A stretch of 64,000 nt of DNA from Antedon mediterranea (lineage: Eukaryota > Animalia > Echinodermata). Position numbers and translations under genes: made by a program. Below are positions 25,161 through 39,011 of this stretch, one piece after another (positions within the stretch are counted from its first letter, which is position 1; each line of letters starts with the position of its first letter). The stretch covers positions 30,572,437 through 30,636,436 of the forward strand of contig NC_092672.1 of the NCBI RefSeq assembly GCF_964355755.1, read 5' to 3'. The notes under the pieces were generated by a model. The model saw only the letters and a program-made list of their open reading frames with translations, was not told the DNA's origin and made no database searches.

Positions 25161-27613
25161 TATACTGTATATATACAGTATATAAACATCACAGGCACAG
25201 AATAAATTCTAATTCGCCCGGTGATATAATGAAATTTAATTAATTAGAAACAATAAAAATGACGAAAACTGTGAGAATGAGAGAAGGCCCCTAACTGAGA
25301 TTCGAACCCGGAACCTTCTGCTTGATATGCAGATGTTCTAACCATTAGACCACTGGGGCTTTCATTGTATTGTTCCAATTCGATTGGACAGACTCTCGGT
25401 GGGGTATGGCTGAATGTATCTGTACATAGCTGTGCCTACTGTATACTGGTAGATATATATATTGCTGCTACTAAATTTGTCGAGTAATTTTACGTATCTC
25501 ATCAGAAACCGCTGAATGGTACGTGCTCACATTTGGTACACATATGTTTCTTTTTATCAATAAAATATTCTATTTCATCCACCATGTTGAAATCCAAGAT
25601 GGCCGCCATCATTTTAAACGTATTTTGGCTTATAACTTGACTTTTAATTAACATAGCAAGTTAAAAATGGTTTTTATACCATAGTCCAGTAAAAGTATGG
25701 TTGCACCTAGAACAATTAATTGCAACAGAATTTCTTTTTGTTGTCTGGTTGATATGGTCCAAATTAACATCATATCCAAAGTTTACCAAAATCCGACATC
25801 GGGAAGTGGGTTCATTAGCATAAATTAAAAAGGCCGCCATTTACCATTTTGAAGTCTTGTATATTATCTCCTTAACGGTTTAACTTATAGACCACCTACT
25901 GTAAGTGCATTACGAGTAGTTATAAATGTATAGTTTACATTAGGCCTATAGCATTCGATTATTTTTTTCTAGACCACCAGCCGATACGTAGGCCTTCTCA
26001 ACTGTATTAATACCACCTATTTACATTGATATATTTAGTTTCCTCAACAAATTGCTGTAAATAAAAATAGATAGAGCTATCAGGGGCGGTCGCAAAACTA
26101 TTTTAAGAGGGTTGCCCAAAGACTCCAGGGCTGTAGACACTGAGTATTTGAGCAAGCAAATTGTTAAATGACACCTCTAGATGGCCGCAAATGGTACTCT
26201 CGCACGTAAAATTCATGATAAATTTTTTTTCGTTCAATGCGATGTCACGGGGAAGTCCCCGATGAAGGTATACTTTTGGTACGGTAATACATTCTAATAA
26301 CTGTACTCAATTAATGTAAATTAATTATAAATTAATAATTTTAAAAAGTTATACAAAAAATATGAAGCTGTTGCTATAAATATATTGAGCGAAAGGTTAA
26401 ATTGTATAATTTGGAATTTTAATTCATTTAAAAATGCTAAATAAAGTCAGATGTTAAAACCACAATTTCCAAAAATTCATTTTTATTTATCCACTATAAA
26501 CTTTACAAAAGTGTTGTTTTAAACCACACTCCAAATAAAACAAAGAAAATAATGATAGGACATTTGCAGAAAGAAGCAACCTTTGCTCTGCTACCGGTAT
26601 AACACGGTTCAAATTTCGGAACGTCTATAAATTACTACGGAAATTCGGCCTAATATTTACGAACGTACGGAAATGAAGATAAATACACTAGGGTACTACA
26701 CGCATCGGAAATACAAAACTATACGAACAATTATGATTTGGCCTAGCCTTGGCAATATGCCTAATATGGTTTATTCAAAGTCAAACTGTAACTAATCCCT
26801 CACTATTCAATCAAAATGTTATTATTATACTAGTATCTATATTATTAGTGAGAGAGTTTGTACGTCTGTGTGTTTGTTTTGAAACCCGCACTGGGGCGGG
26901 TATAATTGCTAGTACAGTAGTAAAATGTAATAAAGAAACGTTCTTGTCTGGTTATTAGGTATTTATGCTCTGATGAAGCAGAGGAATTTTTTTGTAGCGT
27001 TCCATTTAAAAAAAATTTTATTACAAAGAAATATTTTGGTTGTGAAGGTCGTTTTAACAATTAGGCTAATATCAAAACATTCAATGAGCACGTACCATTC
27101 AGCGGTTTCGGAGGAGATACGTAAAATTACTCGACAAATTTAGTAGCAGCAATATATATATATCCACCAGCATACAGTAGGCACAGCTATGTACAGATAC
27201 ATTCAGCCATACCCCACCGAGAGTCTGTCCAATCGAATTGGAACAATACAATGAAAGCCCCAGTGGTCTAATGGTTAGAACATCTGCATATCAAGCAGAA
27301 GGTTCCGGGTTTGAATCTCAGTTAGAGGCTTTCTCTCATTCTCACAGGTTTCGTCATTTTTATTGTTTCTAATTAATTAAATTTCATTATATCACCGGGC
27401 GGATTAGAATTTATTCTGTTCTTGTGATGTTTATATACTGTATATATACAGTATATAAATCCAAAGGCAAATTACTGAAAATATGACAATGCTGTGGGTA
27501 TCATGTAGCTGGATCTCAATGGAGATACAAAAAAAAACGAAAAACTAAATCAAAACGATAAAGTAAAACAGCCAGAAAAGTTAACAGAGCTTTCAGGCAA
27601 CACTAGCTCTTCA

Positions 27614-27662
<49 letters not shown>

Positions 27663-28380
27663 CAATGATGTTGCGTAGCACTGTGTAAATTATATATAAA
27701 TCATACTGTAAATTATAGAAACAGTGCTCATATTCGGAACATGATCTCATAATCGCGTCGAGCATAGCTCATTGGCGAAAGTTCCGTATTTTTTTAGTTG
27801 TATGAAAAAATGTCTCTGGCGGGATTCGAACCTGCAACCTCTCGCTTACAGGGCGAGTATCATACCACTAGACCACAGAGCCATGTATGGTATTATCACA
27901 GATTTTCACACACCAGATACATCCTCTCATACAACAAACGCCCTCACAATCAGTGGAGGCTTAACAAGTCAGAATAAATTCCAACTTTAATTCGTAACGG
28001 TTTTTTAAATAATATTGTGTATATGTAAATCAATGATGTTGCGTAGCACTGTGTAAATTATATATAAATCATACTGTAAATTATAGAAACAGTGCTCATA
28101 TTCGGAACATGATCTCATAATCGCGTCGAGCATAGCTCATTGGCGAAAGTTCCGTATTTTTTTAGTTGTATGAAAAAATGTCTATGGCGGGATTCGAACC
28201 TGCAACCTCTCGCTTACAGGGCGAGTATCATACCACTAGACCACAGAGCCATGTATGGTATTATCACAGATTTTCATACAACTAAAAAAATACGGAACTT
28301 TCGCCAATGAGCTATGCTCGACGCGATTATGAGATCATGTTCCGAATATGAGCACTGTTTCTATAATTTACAGTATGATT

Positions 28381-28427
<47 letters not shown>

Positions 28428-28954
28428 TTAAAATAGGCGTCATATTGGATTTCAACATGGCGGCTGTTTACAACTTTAATACCAATATATTTGGAATCCT
28501 CAGTCTCACAAACATACACATCGTTTTTAACTTTCTATGTTACTTAAAAGTCAAGTTAATAAGGCAAAATATGTTTAAAATGGCGGCCATCTTGGATTTC
28601 AAACATGGCGGCTGAAATAGAATATTTACAACTTTAATAACAGTATATTTGGAATCTTCATAATCACAAACATAGGTATAGACACCATTTTACCCTAACT
28701 AAATTACCCTAAAACACATGTTTTTTTGCTTTTAAAACGAAATGCCTACAGCATTTCATTTTTCTCAAATCTGGACTAGTCTATAAGTATTATCTTAAGC
28801 GAACGCAAGTTATTAAAATCACTGATGTGGCTTTAAACTATTTTTTCTTTTGGTTTACGGATGGAGTAACCGATATTGAACATATATACCAAGTTTGAAA
28901 TATTTTTAAATTCCAGAAGTATTTTTTCTCGATGTTTTTGTATGCGACTATTTC

Positions 28955-29880
28955 CCTGTGCTCCCATTGGTGCCAAATTGGGTCCACTTGAGCACAGTGT
29001 ATTAACAGACGAAAAGATATTAAAATTTAGTGACTTTTTTCTATTTTATATTAGTGTGCTCACTGGCGCGCGCGCCAAATTGGGTCCACTTAAGCACAGT
29101 GTATTAACATACGAAAAGATATTAAAATTCAGTGACTTATTTCTATTTTATATCACAGTGCTCCCCTGGCTCCAAATTGGGTTCACTTGAGCACAGTGTA
29201 TTAACATACAAAAAGATATTAAAATTCAGTGAATTTTTCCATTTTATATCACTGTGCTCCACTGGCGCCAAATTAGGTCCACTTGAGCACAGTGTATAAA
29301 CATACGAAAATATATTAACATTCAAGGATTATTTCTATATTTTATATCACTGTGCTCTCCTTTTTCGCCAAATTGGGTCCACTTGAGCACAGTGTATTAA
29401 CATACGAAATGATATTAAAATTCAGTGACTTTTTTCTATGTTATATCACTGTGCTCCACTGGCTCCAAATTGGGTCCACTTGAGCACAGTGTATTAACAT
29501 ACGAAAAGATATTAAAATTCAGTGACTTTTTTCTATTTTATATCACTGTGCTCCCCTAGCTCCAAATTGGGTTGGGTCTACTTGAGCACAGTGTATTAAC
29601 ATACGAAAAGATATAAAAATTTAGTGACTTATTTCTATTTTATATCACTGTGCTCCCCTAGCTCCAAATTGGGTCCAGTTGAGCACAGTGTATTAACATA
29701 CGAAAAGATATTAAAATTCAGTGACTTATTTCTATTTCATATCACTGTGCTCCACTGGCGCCAAACTAGGTCCACTTGAGCACAGTGTATTAACATACGA
29801 AAAGATATTACAATTCAGTGACTTATTTCTATTTTATATCACTGCACTCCATTAGTGCTAAATTTGGTCCACTGGAGCAG
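28955..29880 (-). repeat. 97-bp tandem array (about 9 units), right foldback arm
   Basis: Reverse complement of the 22595-23425 unit. Confidence 0.95.
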
Positions 29881-30298
29881 CTACCGTAGTACTATTTCTA
29901 TTTCGTAAGTAAATAAAGGCACAAATGGTGCTCCGTAGAAGTAGAGAATGCTCGATCGTCGAAATGACGCTCTGAATATACCTCGATGCACGTTCGCATT
30001 GTGCAGATCAGAGTTACTGACAGTAACTTACTGTACTCTTTTTCTCTTGTTGTTGTTGTTGTTGTTGTTAAAGACACAGGCATAGACCTGCATTTGTTTA
30101 CGTTTCGTAAAAATAATACATAAAATATAACTTTAAAAACATTAAACCAGGTCATTTCTTGTCTTAAATGTGCGTTCTATTAAGGTTAATTATGATAAAA
30201 AGTGAAAACAATGGACTACCTAAGTAGCTCGCGTCGAAAGTTCTCTCGTAGACGTTTCTAGGCCTAGCTTAGTTGGGATTAGTTTTGTAGGCCTAGTA

Positions 30299-31126
30299 TA
30301 GACCGGGCGCCCGGAAGATTTATTCATGTGAAAAGATACAAAAGGTTTGATGATGTAGTTAGGTGCGTATTAGGGCGAGATGCAATATTCGACATTGCTG
30401 CCGGGTCACAATTATCGACATTGTTGATCACGAATGGAGCAAAAAAGAGAGAAAGAGAGAAAAAACGATTCATACTTTATGGATAAACCCATTTTGGGCG
30501 AGTTCCTAATAGTTTGATGTTTGATGATTTGGTACAGCAAACAACTGCTCTCTTTATTTATTGTTTTATCATTCTGCTGTGTAGGCTATTTATTGTCAGT
30601 CCGAGTTCGTATCACGTATTTCTAACTCAGCTGAACGCCATAAGACGACATACCCGCCGAGTATATAGCCAAATAGGGGGAATCTGCGGACCTTTAGGGC
30701 TGCTGTCTGAGCTTATGTACAGGATAAAGTTGCTGTCATTGGTGTTTTTGTCATCCCCAATATGTACTGCTGCCATTAAAAAAAGATTCAACCTTGTATC
30801 GCTTCACATGAATAAGCCCATTTGGGCGTGGCCCTAAAATGTTGCTGTTTGGCGCCCCGTACAGGATAAAGTTGCTGTCATTGGTGATGTAATCATTAGT
30901 AGCCCACTGCGAATGATATCCAAACAAGTTTATCCTTGTATCGCTTCACATGAATAAATGCATTTTTACCCCCCCCCCCCCTATGTTATGATCCCCAAGG
31001 CCCCATGTACAGGCTGTGACCCGGCAGCAATATCGAATATTGCATCTCGCACTAATACGCACCTAACTACATCATCAAACCTTTTGTATCTTTTCACATG
31101 AATAAATCTTCCGGGCGCCCGGTCTA
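30299..31126. mobile_element. Academ-like non-autonomous element
   Basis: About 112-bp near-perfect TIRs with TAG...CTA termini; 3-bp TSD gta (30296-30298 and 31127-31129). Confidence 0.75.
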
Positions 31127-32554
31127 GTAGCTTGTAAAGAGTGGTAGCGTACGGAGGTTGTCAGTCGTTCGAGACCACGGACGGAATGTGTGGTCCCGAT
31201 CGTCTTCATCCTTGGGCCCGATCGTCTTAGCGCAGGGCCCGATAGTCTTGTGTTCAATATGGTAAAATCGATCATCGCGTTTTATTTTGGTCCCAATCAA
31301 AATCAGTATTCGGTATGGAGCGTTGCTGATACGCTTGCAGTTGCGTTCGTACTATAAGGGATGAATGTTTGTGAAAGTGCTCTTTGAAATCATTGTAAAC
31401 ATGTTGTTTCTGAAAAGAAATAAGAAATTAGTTTAGATAGTTTATAATTAGTTCACAGAGTATTTGTTACCAATAAAAGGCATAAGGCGTTCTAATTTCT
31501 ATGCCTACAACGGGGCCGAATACAAGAGTGGATATAGCAGTACGTGTTTTAGGTTATCGGTATTATATACAATAATAGATTATTGAGAAGAGATGAATCT
31601 ACCCTAGCGTCTTGACAAGAAACTAAAGATATAAAAGATGGGCGATTTACCCACAAAAGAGTACATTAAAACATTTAACCAGATGTTAATTACAAACGGC
31701 ATTACCATTATGTATTAGAAAGATCGACGCAGATTTTTTTGTATGTGTGTTTTTTACTGCAATGATAATGACAAAGAACCTAATCAAAAATATCATAAAT
31801 TGTGTTGTAAAATGTTATGTAAAAGTGTTACGGTACCGCTTTTATGTTTAGTAATAAAATATATAATTAGCATAATAAATATGCATCGTTTAAAAATATA
31901 TATAATTATTATAACGTTTTTATTTATTTCGTGTTTGCATTAGCAATTCCAAAGATTTTTCCCATGTGTTATATAGGAAATAATTCACGATATGTCTGAA
32001 AGTACAATGTTAGTTAGACTAACTATGTCATTTTAGTGTCAATTTCTTAATCAATTTCATTTACACTCAATTGTTAATACTATACGTACGTAGGTGCGGC
32101 TACATGGTTGGTGAGTGTTTTGGCAGCATGCAGCTACCATAGCAGCACGACGAAAGATTATTTTCGGTTACCGCGTGAAAACTATTTCCAGGGTTTGCCG
32201 TCACCTCATGAATATTCATGTGAAGATTCAGGCCCTTTATAGTTTCTGCCTTAACCTAATAGGAAAAAAATAATGCTACCCGGGTAAAACTTAAGACTGA
32301 TGATACTGTAGGCGGGACTGCATGCCTATCTTACCGTACCACCGCACCAGGAACGCGTCCATACGCAACACAAGGTCCTAAGAGCATGAACGCCAGTAAA
32401 TTGACAAATCATGAGTCGATTGTGAATCATCCATGTCGTGATTGGTCAAATTTCTTGCGTTGCGCGTATATACGGACTTGTGTTGCGCTGTAAATACTAT
32501 ATAGGCACCAAGCTTAAACCTTTATTTTAACGTAAATTTTATTTTGATCATCAG

Positions 32555-33415
32555 GCTAATTCAACAGACCAACTAGAAAGTATTGAGGAGTTCATGAAGA
32601 GATATTCGTTAATTCATGTAAAACGAACGAAGCATACCAACGAAATGTGTTTACGGCATGGAAAACGTCTGGCTGGAAAACCTCTTAGTAAACTCTTAGT
32701 AAATGAGAAACACAAGCTTGTCTTCTGTCAAACTCCGAAAGTCGGAAGTGTAAGTTGGTGTCGAATAATGTTGGTACTATCGGAATATATGAACTACACA
32801 CAAGTGATGAAACTTACCGCAGACCAGGTTAGCCGTGCGTGGAAGAAACATGTACCCCGTCTAGGTGCATTCCCATTGAGTAAACAGAAACACATTTTGG
32901 CTAACTACACTAAATTTATGTTCGTTAGACACCCGTTCACACGACTTTTATCAGCATTTAATGACAAAATGAAGATGAAAGATGGAAAATACCAACGAGG
33001 TACTGAGTATTATGTAAACAAAATTAAGGGTCACTATAGATGGGATAGAAATGCAACTGAAGACGTGGAATTTGTTGATTTTATTAATATGGTAGTCTCT
33101 AACGTAGGCAACGTTCATTGGAGCGAGATGTACAAGGTCTGCGGTTCGTGCGATATCCATTATGACGTCATTGGACATTTTGAGGATATGACAAACGATG
33201 CTAAATATATTTTTAAACTTTCAAATGTGACAAGTGTAGGTTTTCCAGAACCTTCCAAATCACATGCTACGTATAGCTCAGATAATGATAAGATATTTAA
33301 AGCCTTTTCCACTTTACCGGTATCAATGTTAGCTGATTTATATTACAAATTCAAATATGATTTTGCACTTTTTGACTATAAAATACCATTTAACATAAAT
33401 CAAAATAGAAAATAA
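32555..33415 (+). CDS. Carbohydrate sulfotransferase (CHST8-14/HNK-1ST, Sulfotransfer_2 family), catalytic last exon
   Basis: 5'-PSB motif FCQTPKVGSVSW, 3'-PB motif FVRHPFTRLLSAFNDK, NVHW..CGSCDIHYDVIGHFE, YDFALFDY. Candidate acceptors give exon starts at 32555 (phase 0) or 32568 (phase 1). Confidence 0.9.
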   Translation, partial: ANSTDQLESIEEFMKRYSLIHVKRTKHTNEMCLRHGKRLAGKPLSKLLVNEKHKLVFCQTPKVGSVSWCRIMLVLSEYMNYTQVMKLTADQVSRAWKKHVPRLGAFPLSKQKHILANYTKFMFVRHPFTRLLSAFNDKMKMKDGKYQRGTEYYVNKIKGHYRWDRNATEDVEFVDFINMVVSNVGNVHWSEMYKVCGSCDIHYDVIGHFEDMTNDAKYIFKLSNVTSVGFPEPSKSHATYSSDNDKIFKAFSTLPVSMLADLYYKFKYDFALFDYKIPFNINQNRK

Positions 33416-33779
33416 GTCAAGTTTTCTTGATATTTTCTAACGATTATATGATAATAACACATTATTTATCACTACAATGCAACGCGATATACTAGAAATG
33501 GGAGAGCGATAGCCTATTGTTATTGTCAAAGATTTCATTTTTTCTCCTATTTTTTTGTCCGCAGCAGATCTAAAAAACGGTGGTTTTCACACAGCTTAGA
33601 AATGCTTAGAAAGTATAACCGTTTTATTCAATGACTGAATATGTGTGTATGGTACGTATGGTAACTGAAAATAACAGAAAGTATAATTCCTTCAAATCGA
33701 TATTCAAATACAGTAGTACATTATTATTATTATAATTAGTATATTATTATTGTTATTATTATTATTATTATTATTTTAT

Positions 33780-34700
33780 TTTATTTATATAGCAATTTTC
33801 CAAATTAGTATAAAATTATTAAAGCGCAGACCCAACAATGAGTTACTTCTTAGGAAATAGATGTGTTTTGAGGGCTTTTTAAAATTCTAAAACCGTGGTT
33901 TGTTCCCGGATCACAGACGGGAGTTTGTTTCACATCACCGGTCCAACTTTTGAGAAAGAATTATTTCCAGAGGTCCGCTTTTCGAGACAGTGATCCAATC
34001 TAGTGTGATATAAATAATAATAATAAATAAATAATATATTTATACAGGATAAACAATCAGATAACAGTGTATCTGTTTTACATTGTGGTCCTGTCTTAAT
34101 CAAAATTATTGATGGGAATTCGTTCGATCTTTCTCGGACCTCAGGCCTCTCTTAGCACATCTATACACCCGTAAGAGATTGCACAGATAACATGGCGCAT
34201 TATTATTTATACAATTGTAGACATGAAGTAACACTTTAAAAGTGATTCTACTTTCAACAGGTAGCTAATGCAATTCATAAAGCAGAGGTCTAGAACTAAC
34301 AAACATAGGTACTTGGTAAATTAACATGGCAGCCCGATTCTGAAGCTTTTGTAATCTCGAAATGTTATGTTTGGACATTCCAACAAATAGTGAGTTACAA
34401 TAATCTAACCTGGATAGAATTAGTGACCTCATAGCCTCGGTACACGTTTTTTTGTCTAAACAATTTCTTATTCTACGCAATGCCCTTAAGTAAAAATTTA
34501 CAGTACGGCAGACATTATCAATGTGGGGTGTCATACGAAGAAAAACATCAAACACCACACCAAGCTTTCTAACTGTGTTGGACGGTTTAACAATAATTTC
34601 ACCAATATTCAGTTGAATATTTCTATTACTAATGTCGACTTTTGGTGGAGTTAAAACTAATAACTCTGTTTTTGATTCATTAAGTTTAAGTTGATTTAGT
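33780..34700 (-). mobile_element. 5'-truncated L2-group LINE
   Basis: LRRIRNCLD..RSLILSRLDYCNSLF..LQKLQNRAA (34265-34558); (ATT)n tail near 33720-33790. Confidence 0.8.
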
Positions 34701-36217
34701 TTAGTTTAGTACATATGAAATACTTTAAACCTTGCTATCATAGAATATGATTATATATGCTATATTATTGTTTAAATTGTTCATAGTTTGTTGTTTTCAT
34801 ACATTATCTTTTATATTATGACATAAACTTACAAAGCTGTGAGCCTATGGATGCAGCACAATGAGAAACATCTGTGAATTTCTACTGTTAAACTGTAATA
34901 CCTATGAAGGAAAAAACTATAACTGACAATCTACGAAATCTATAAAACTATTAAAAAGTACAAAATACAACAAATGTAAGCATTAAGGGATCACCCTAAA
35001 CATAACCATCAGAAAGGTACATCCAGTCGCCTTTTCAACACTATCCCTGTTGCCATAGCAACTAACAAGAAACCATCCCGCAGACCTAGCCTATCAAGAC
35101 TATTATATAGATTCTCAAAATGCAATAACATTAATATCAATAGTATCCTAAATATATCTAAAACAAGCTGATTCAACAATTATAGTGATTTATCCATTTT
35201 AAACTAATAGGCAAACTACAGGCAAAACAGTGCCGCGAAAAGTTACAAATATGAAACGCCACAAATATAGTATGGAAGGCTACTGCGGCCAGCATAGTGG
35301 TAGCAGTTATGTTGTAACTTACCCAGCAGATGCGCGTATATAATTATGTAGTTGTGCTACAAACTTTGATTTATTAAAAATATTTTTTTTTTATTTTCTG
35401 AAATTCTTAGATTGACTATACATTAAAAACCAATAGATATTTTTAATTAACTTGACACACGTATGCTTCATGTCAAGGGTCATCTTCCTTATCACCAACA
35501 ACATTTTGAACCTTGGTCAAATCGCGCGTACGTGCGCTTTGAAAGTTAAGAATGCTCACACTGATGGACAACCCCCTGAAGGCGCTGTGTGGTTCTATAA
35601 ATGGCTGGAAGAGTCAACTAATGACTTCAGGGTACAGAAGACCTTATTAAATGGTGTAAAATTTGGGCTTGGTAATTCTGACTACAAAAATAACTACAAC
35701 CTTGTAAGTATGTGTGTTTCCGTACAGTATAACCCCTCCTTTTGATTTCTAATCAGGACATTTTAAGCATTTTACATTTAAAAAAAAAATTGCGTTGCGC
35801 GCGCGCGCTTTTGCGCACTTAGCCCGTATGCAGCCTAGAAAGCACGTTTTTGCGCTTGATTTTTGTGGTACATTTCTTTCATATTTGATGAATTATGAAT
35901 GTAAAAAAAATGACACACGTGCACGTCAAACTTTAAAAATCGTGCGCCTTAAAATTGTATGCAAATTTGTGTAAAAATATGCCTATTTTGAATCGATTAT
36001 AGCTCTTCAGGATGGCTGGTGACCCCATATTTTTTAACTTATTTTAAAGCGCAAACGTGAGTGGTTTAAAATAAAAACTAACCGTCAACTAAACCGTTTT
36101 GCCAATACAGTCAACTGTTGATCGATGCTATGCTGTTTGTGCAATAGTTGTGGTGCAGCTTACTGTAGGCTAAGCCTAATAAATAGCATAATGTATTATT
36201 ATTATTATTATATTAAA

Positions 36218-37752
36218 CTAGATGGCACGCTCGCTTCGCTCGCGTGCATCTAGGTCGTGCCCACAGATGGTTCTCGAATACACAGTATTTCCAGCGAGAA
36301 AAAAATGGAGATTTCAAATGTACGTACCGCAGGACTATAATACATTGTCGTTTACAGAAACGAATAAATATACACAATGATTTATGTAGTCAAAACCAAA
36401 ATTAGCACCCTGAGAATTACTTCCGAGAGAGAAACAAAATGAGTCAATTTTTTTTTATCTGGACTCATTTAAACAAACCCAATTTGTGTTTTGTATGTAA
36501 CATTAAGGGTTGAGGGATGGGGGAAGAAGATGGGTACAAAGAGGAAACATTTTAAAATATATTCTTATCCACTCGTAACGAAATATTGTTTTTAATGTTT
36601 TATAGGCCTATAAATAATATACCACTAAATACAGTAAAACATTTACGATTTAATACGGTACTTTGTTAAAAATCTCACTCTCATAGTCGATTGAAATAGT
36701 AAAGTACATGTAACGATACACCACTACGACGTTTATATATTTTTTAATTATTAATTAATACAAACGTTGAGAAGCAACTGTCAGTAATAACGTTTATTTA
36801 TTTGTATATTATATGCTTATAATCTAACAGTAGGGCCTACCCACACTCACAGTAATAAAGTTTATTTGTATATATTTTTATATTACCAACACTCACAGTA
36901 AGAAATTTGCAAATTGCGATCAAAAGTGGTTAATACCTTAACAGTATTGTACAGCATTGCAATACTATTTATGTTTATTCTCCAATAAATCTAAATCTAT
37001 ACCTCTATGTTTAAACCAAATAATTTGGAATGTTTATTTGTATATTATATGTTTATAATCTAACAGTAGGGCCTACCCACACTCACAGTAATAAAGTTTA
37101 TTTGTATATATTTTTATATTACATCTAACAGTACCAACACTCACAGTAAGAAATTTGCGATTCAAATTGCGATCAAAAGTGGTTAATACCTTAACAGTAT
37201 TGTACAGCATTGCAATACTATTTATGTTTATTCTCCAAGGGGGCCCATAAATCTAAATCTATACCTGTATGGTTAAACCAAATAATTTGGAATGTTCCAT
37301 TCATCACAAATCAATACATTTGTAAAAACGTGTATTAAATGTATCAAAATAGTATTTTTTAAAGAAAATCGGCCTGTCTTCAACATTATGATGCTGTACT
37401 CGAACTGTTCAACCGGTTTTCAGCTATTAAAAACAATTATCGTAGGAGGAGATAGGAAAATGCGAAGCCTCCTCGCATTTTTGTGGCGGGTATTTTTCAA
37501 GATGGACATCCATTAGACAGTGTATACCACGATCGGAAAACACCCCTATTTGGGGCAAATCGTTGAACCTAAATTCGTTTTAATCGTCAATAACTAATTA
37601 TCTAACTTAATTTAATTAGTAAACAGGGTTACATCAGGTGGTTAAAATCAGTACCGAAAGTATGAACCAACTTTATATACCATCGAGTAAAAATTCTAGA
37701 AGTAAGGCGCGATTTACCGAATTTTGCCCTTACGTAAATTTATATATATAGA
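36218..37752 (-). mobile_element. Non-autonomous Helitron
   Basis: Minus strand begins A|TCTATATATA and ends gcacgcgagcgaagcgagcgtgccat-CTAG|T (hairpin plus CTAG, A-T target); internal direct duplication of about 240 bp within 36790-37290. Confidence 0.85.
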
Positions 37753-38651
37753 TACATTGAGACATTTTACTATTCTTACACACAATTATTTTTGATTTAT
37801 TTTCAATCTTAATTTCATTATGTTAACTTCAGATATATATTTGCGTCGTGGTATTTTAGTAAATCGCGGACAGGCGGAGCCGAAATTCGTAAACATTTGT
37901 GAACAAAATGTACTACCAAACCGTGCCCATGAATACACAATTTCTGACGTGCTTGAAACGCCTTTTTGAAATGTAAAGTGGATTCACCATGGTGTAAAAC
38001 TACTCTTTGGAAAAGTTAAACTTATTGATAAGCATTGTCTGTATAGAATTGCGTGACTTGTGTACGAATAGTTATATAATGTTTTTTTCTAAAGGCTTAG
38101 GAATCTTGTATTGTCACAATGCACAGTAAAAGCCCCCTTGTACAAATTCCTTTCAATGGTTGGTACTCAATAAAACTTGTTGATATAGTAGTTTTATCAT
38201 ACGTATTAAAATAATAATTAACGAATAAGCTATGCCTAGATTAACCTTACTTTGGAGTCAATTTACATTTGCAGGAACAAATTTAATTTGATAATCAGCT
38301 TTAAAATATAGGAAATTCAAAAAGTTAACTTATCAAAGATAAACTAATTATACCATCTTTCTTCTTTTACTTTTGCAGTTTTCAATGAATATTTAAACTA
38401 TCAAGAATCTTTATTTGCCTATTATTTTATTAATATAATAATTTCTAATTCAGTACGTAATACTACTAATTTCAACTGCAACCTAAATTCTCCTAACGCA
38501 TCTCACATGCCACATAACACTCAATCGCCTTACCGCAATAAAACAGTTTACAGTCAATGCCATGGATAATAACAAGTACGACACAACATATAAACGCCTG
38601 ACCGGTTCTTCATGTTTGTAATTTTGAGATTTTGTAATCTGTAACATGGTG

Positions 38652-39008
38652 CAGGGGCGGACCCAAGGGTGTTGGCCTAGAGGCCCGGGCAACACCCTTA
38701 ATTAATACTAGATGTTGTTTCTGCCACTAAATTAAAATTGAGTCCAATTTCATCGTATACAATATCCATATTTATACGTTATAAAAGTCCGGTCTGGAAG
38801 AGAATATTTGTACAGCAGTCACCAATAGGCCTACTATTTCGCGCACAGATAAGTGTAGATCAATTTTTGAGCATGCGCAGAATGAATTTCTGATTGACTA
38901 GTTGCTTGTGGTGCGCTCGTCATGAGAGCAGGGAGATGTATCTCTCTCCTGATGAGAGGTACGAAAGGAGGCCAACACACACTGTGTTTGGGAAAAACCC
39001 GTCATATG
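38652..39008. repeat. About 350-bp TIR-like end (caggggcgga...), inverted relative to 54155-54522
   Basis: Colinear reverse-complement similarity, e.g. gggcaacacccttaatt, atccatatttatacgttata, ggccaacacacactgtgtt. Confidence 0.8.
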
Positions 39009-39011
39009 GGT

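Noticed and set aside
31459-31560. Additional sulfotransferase exon
   Set aside because: An open phase-1 frame exists, but the donor sites are weak and there is no sequence motif support.
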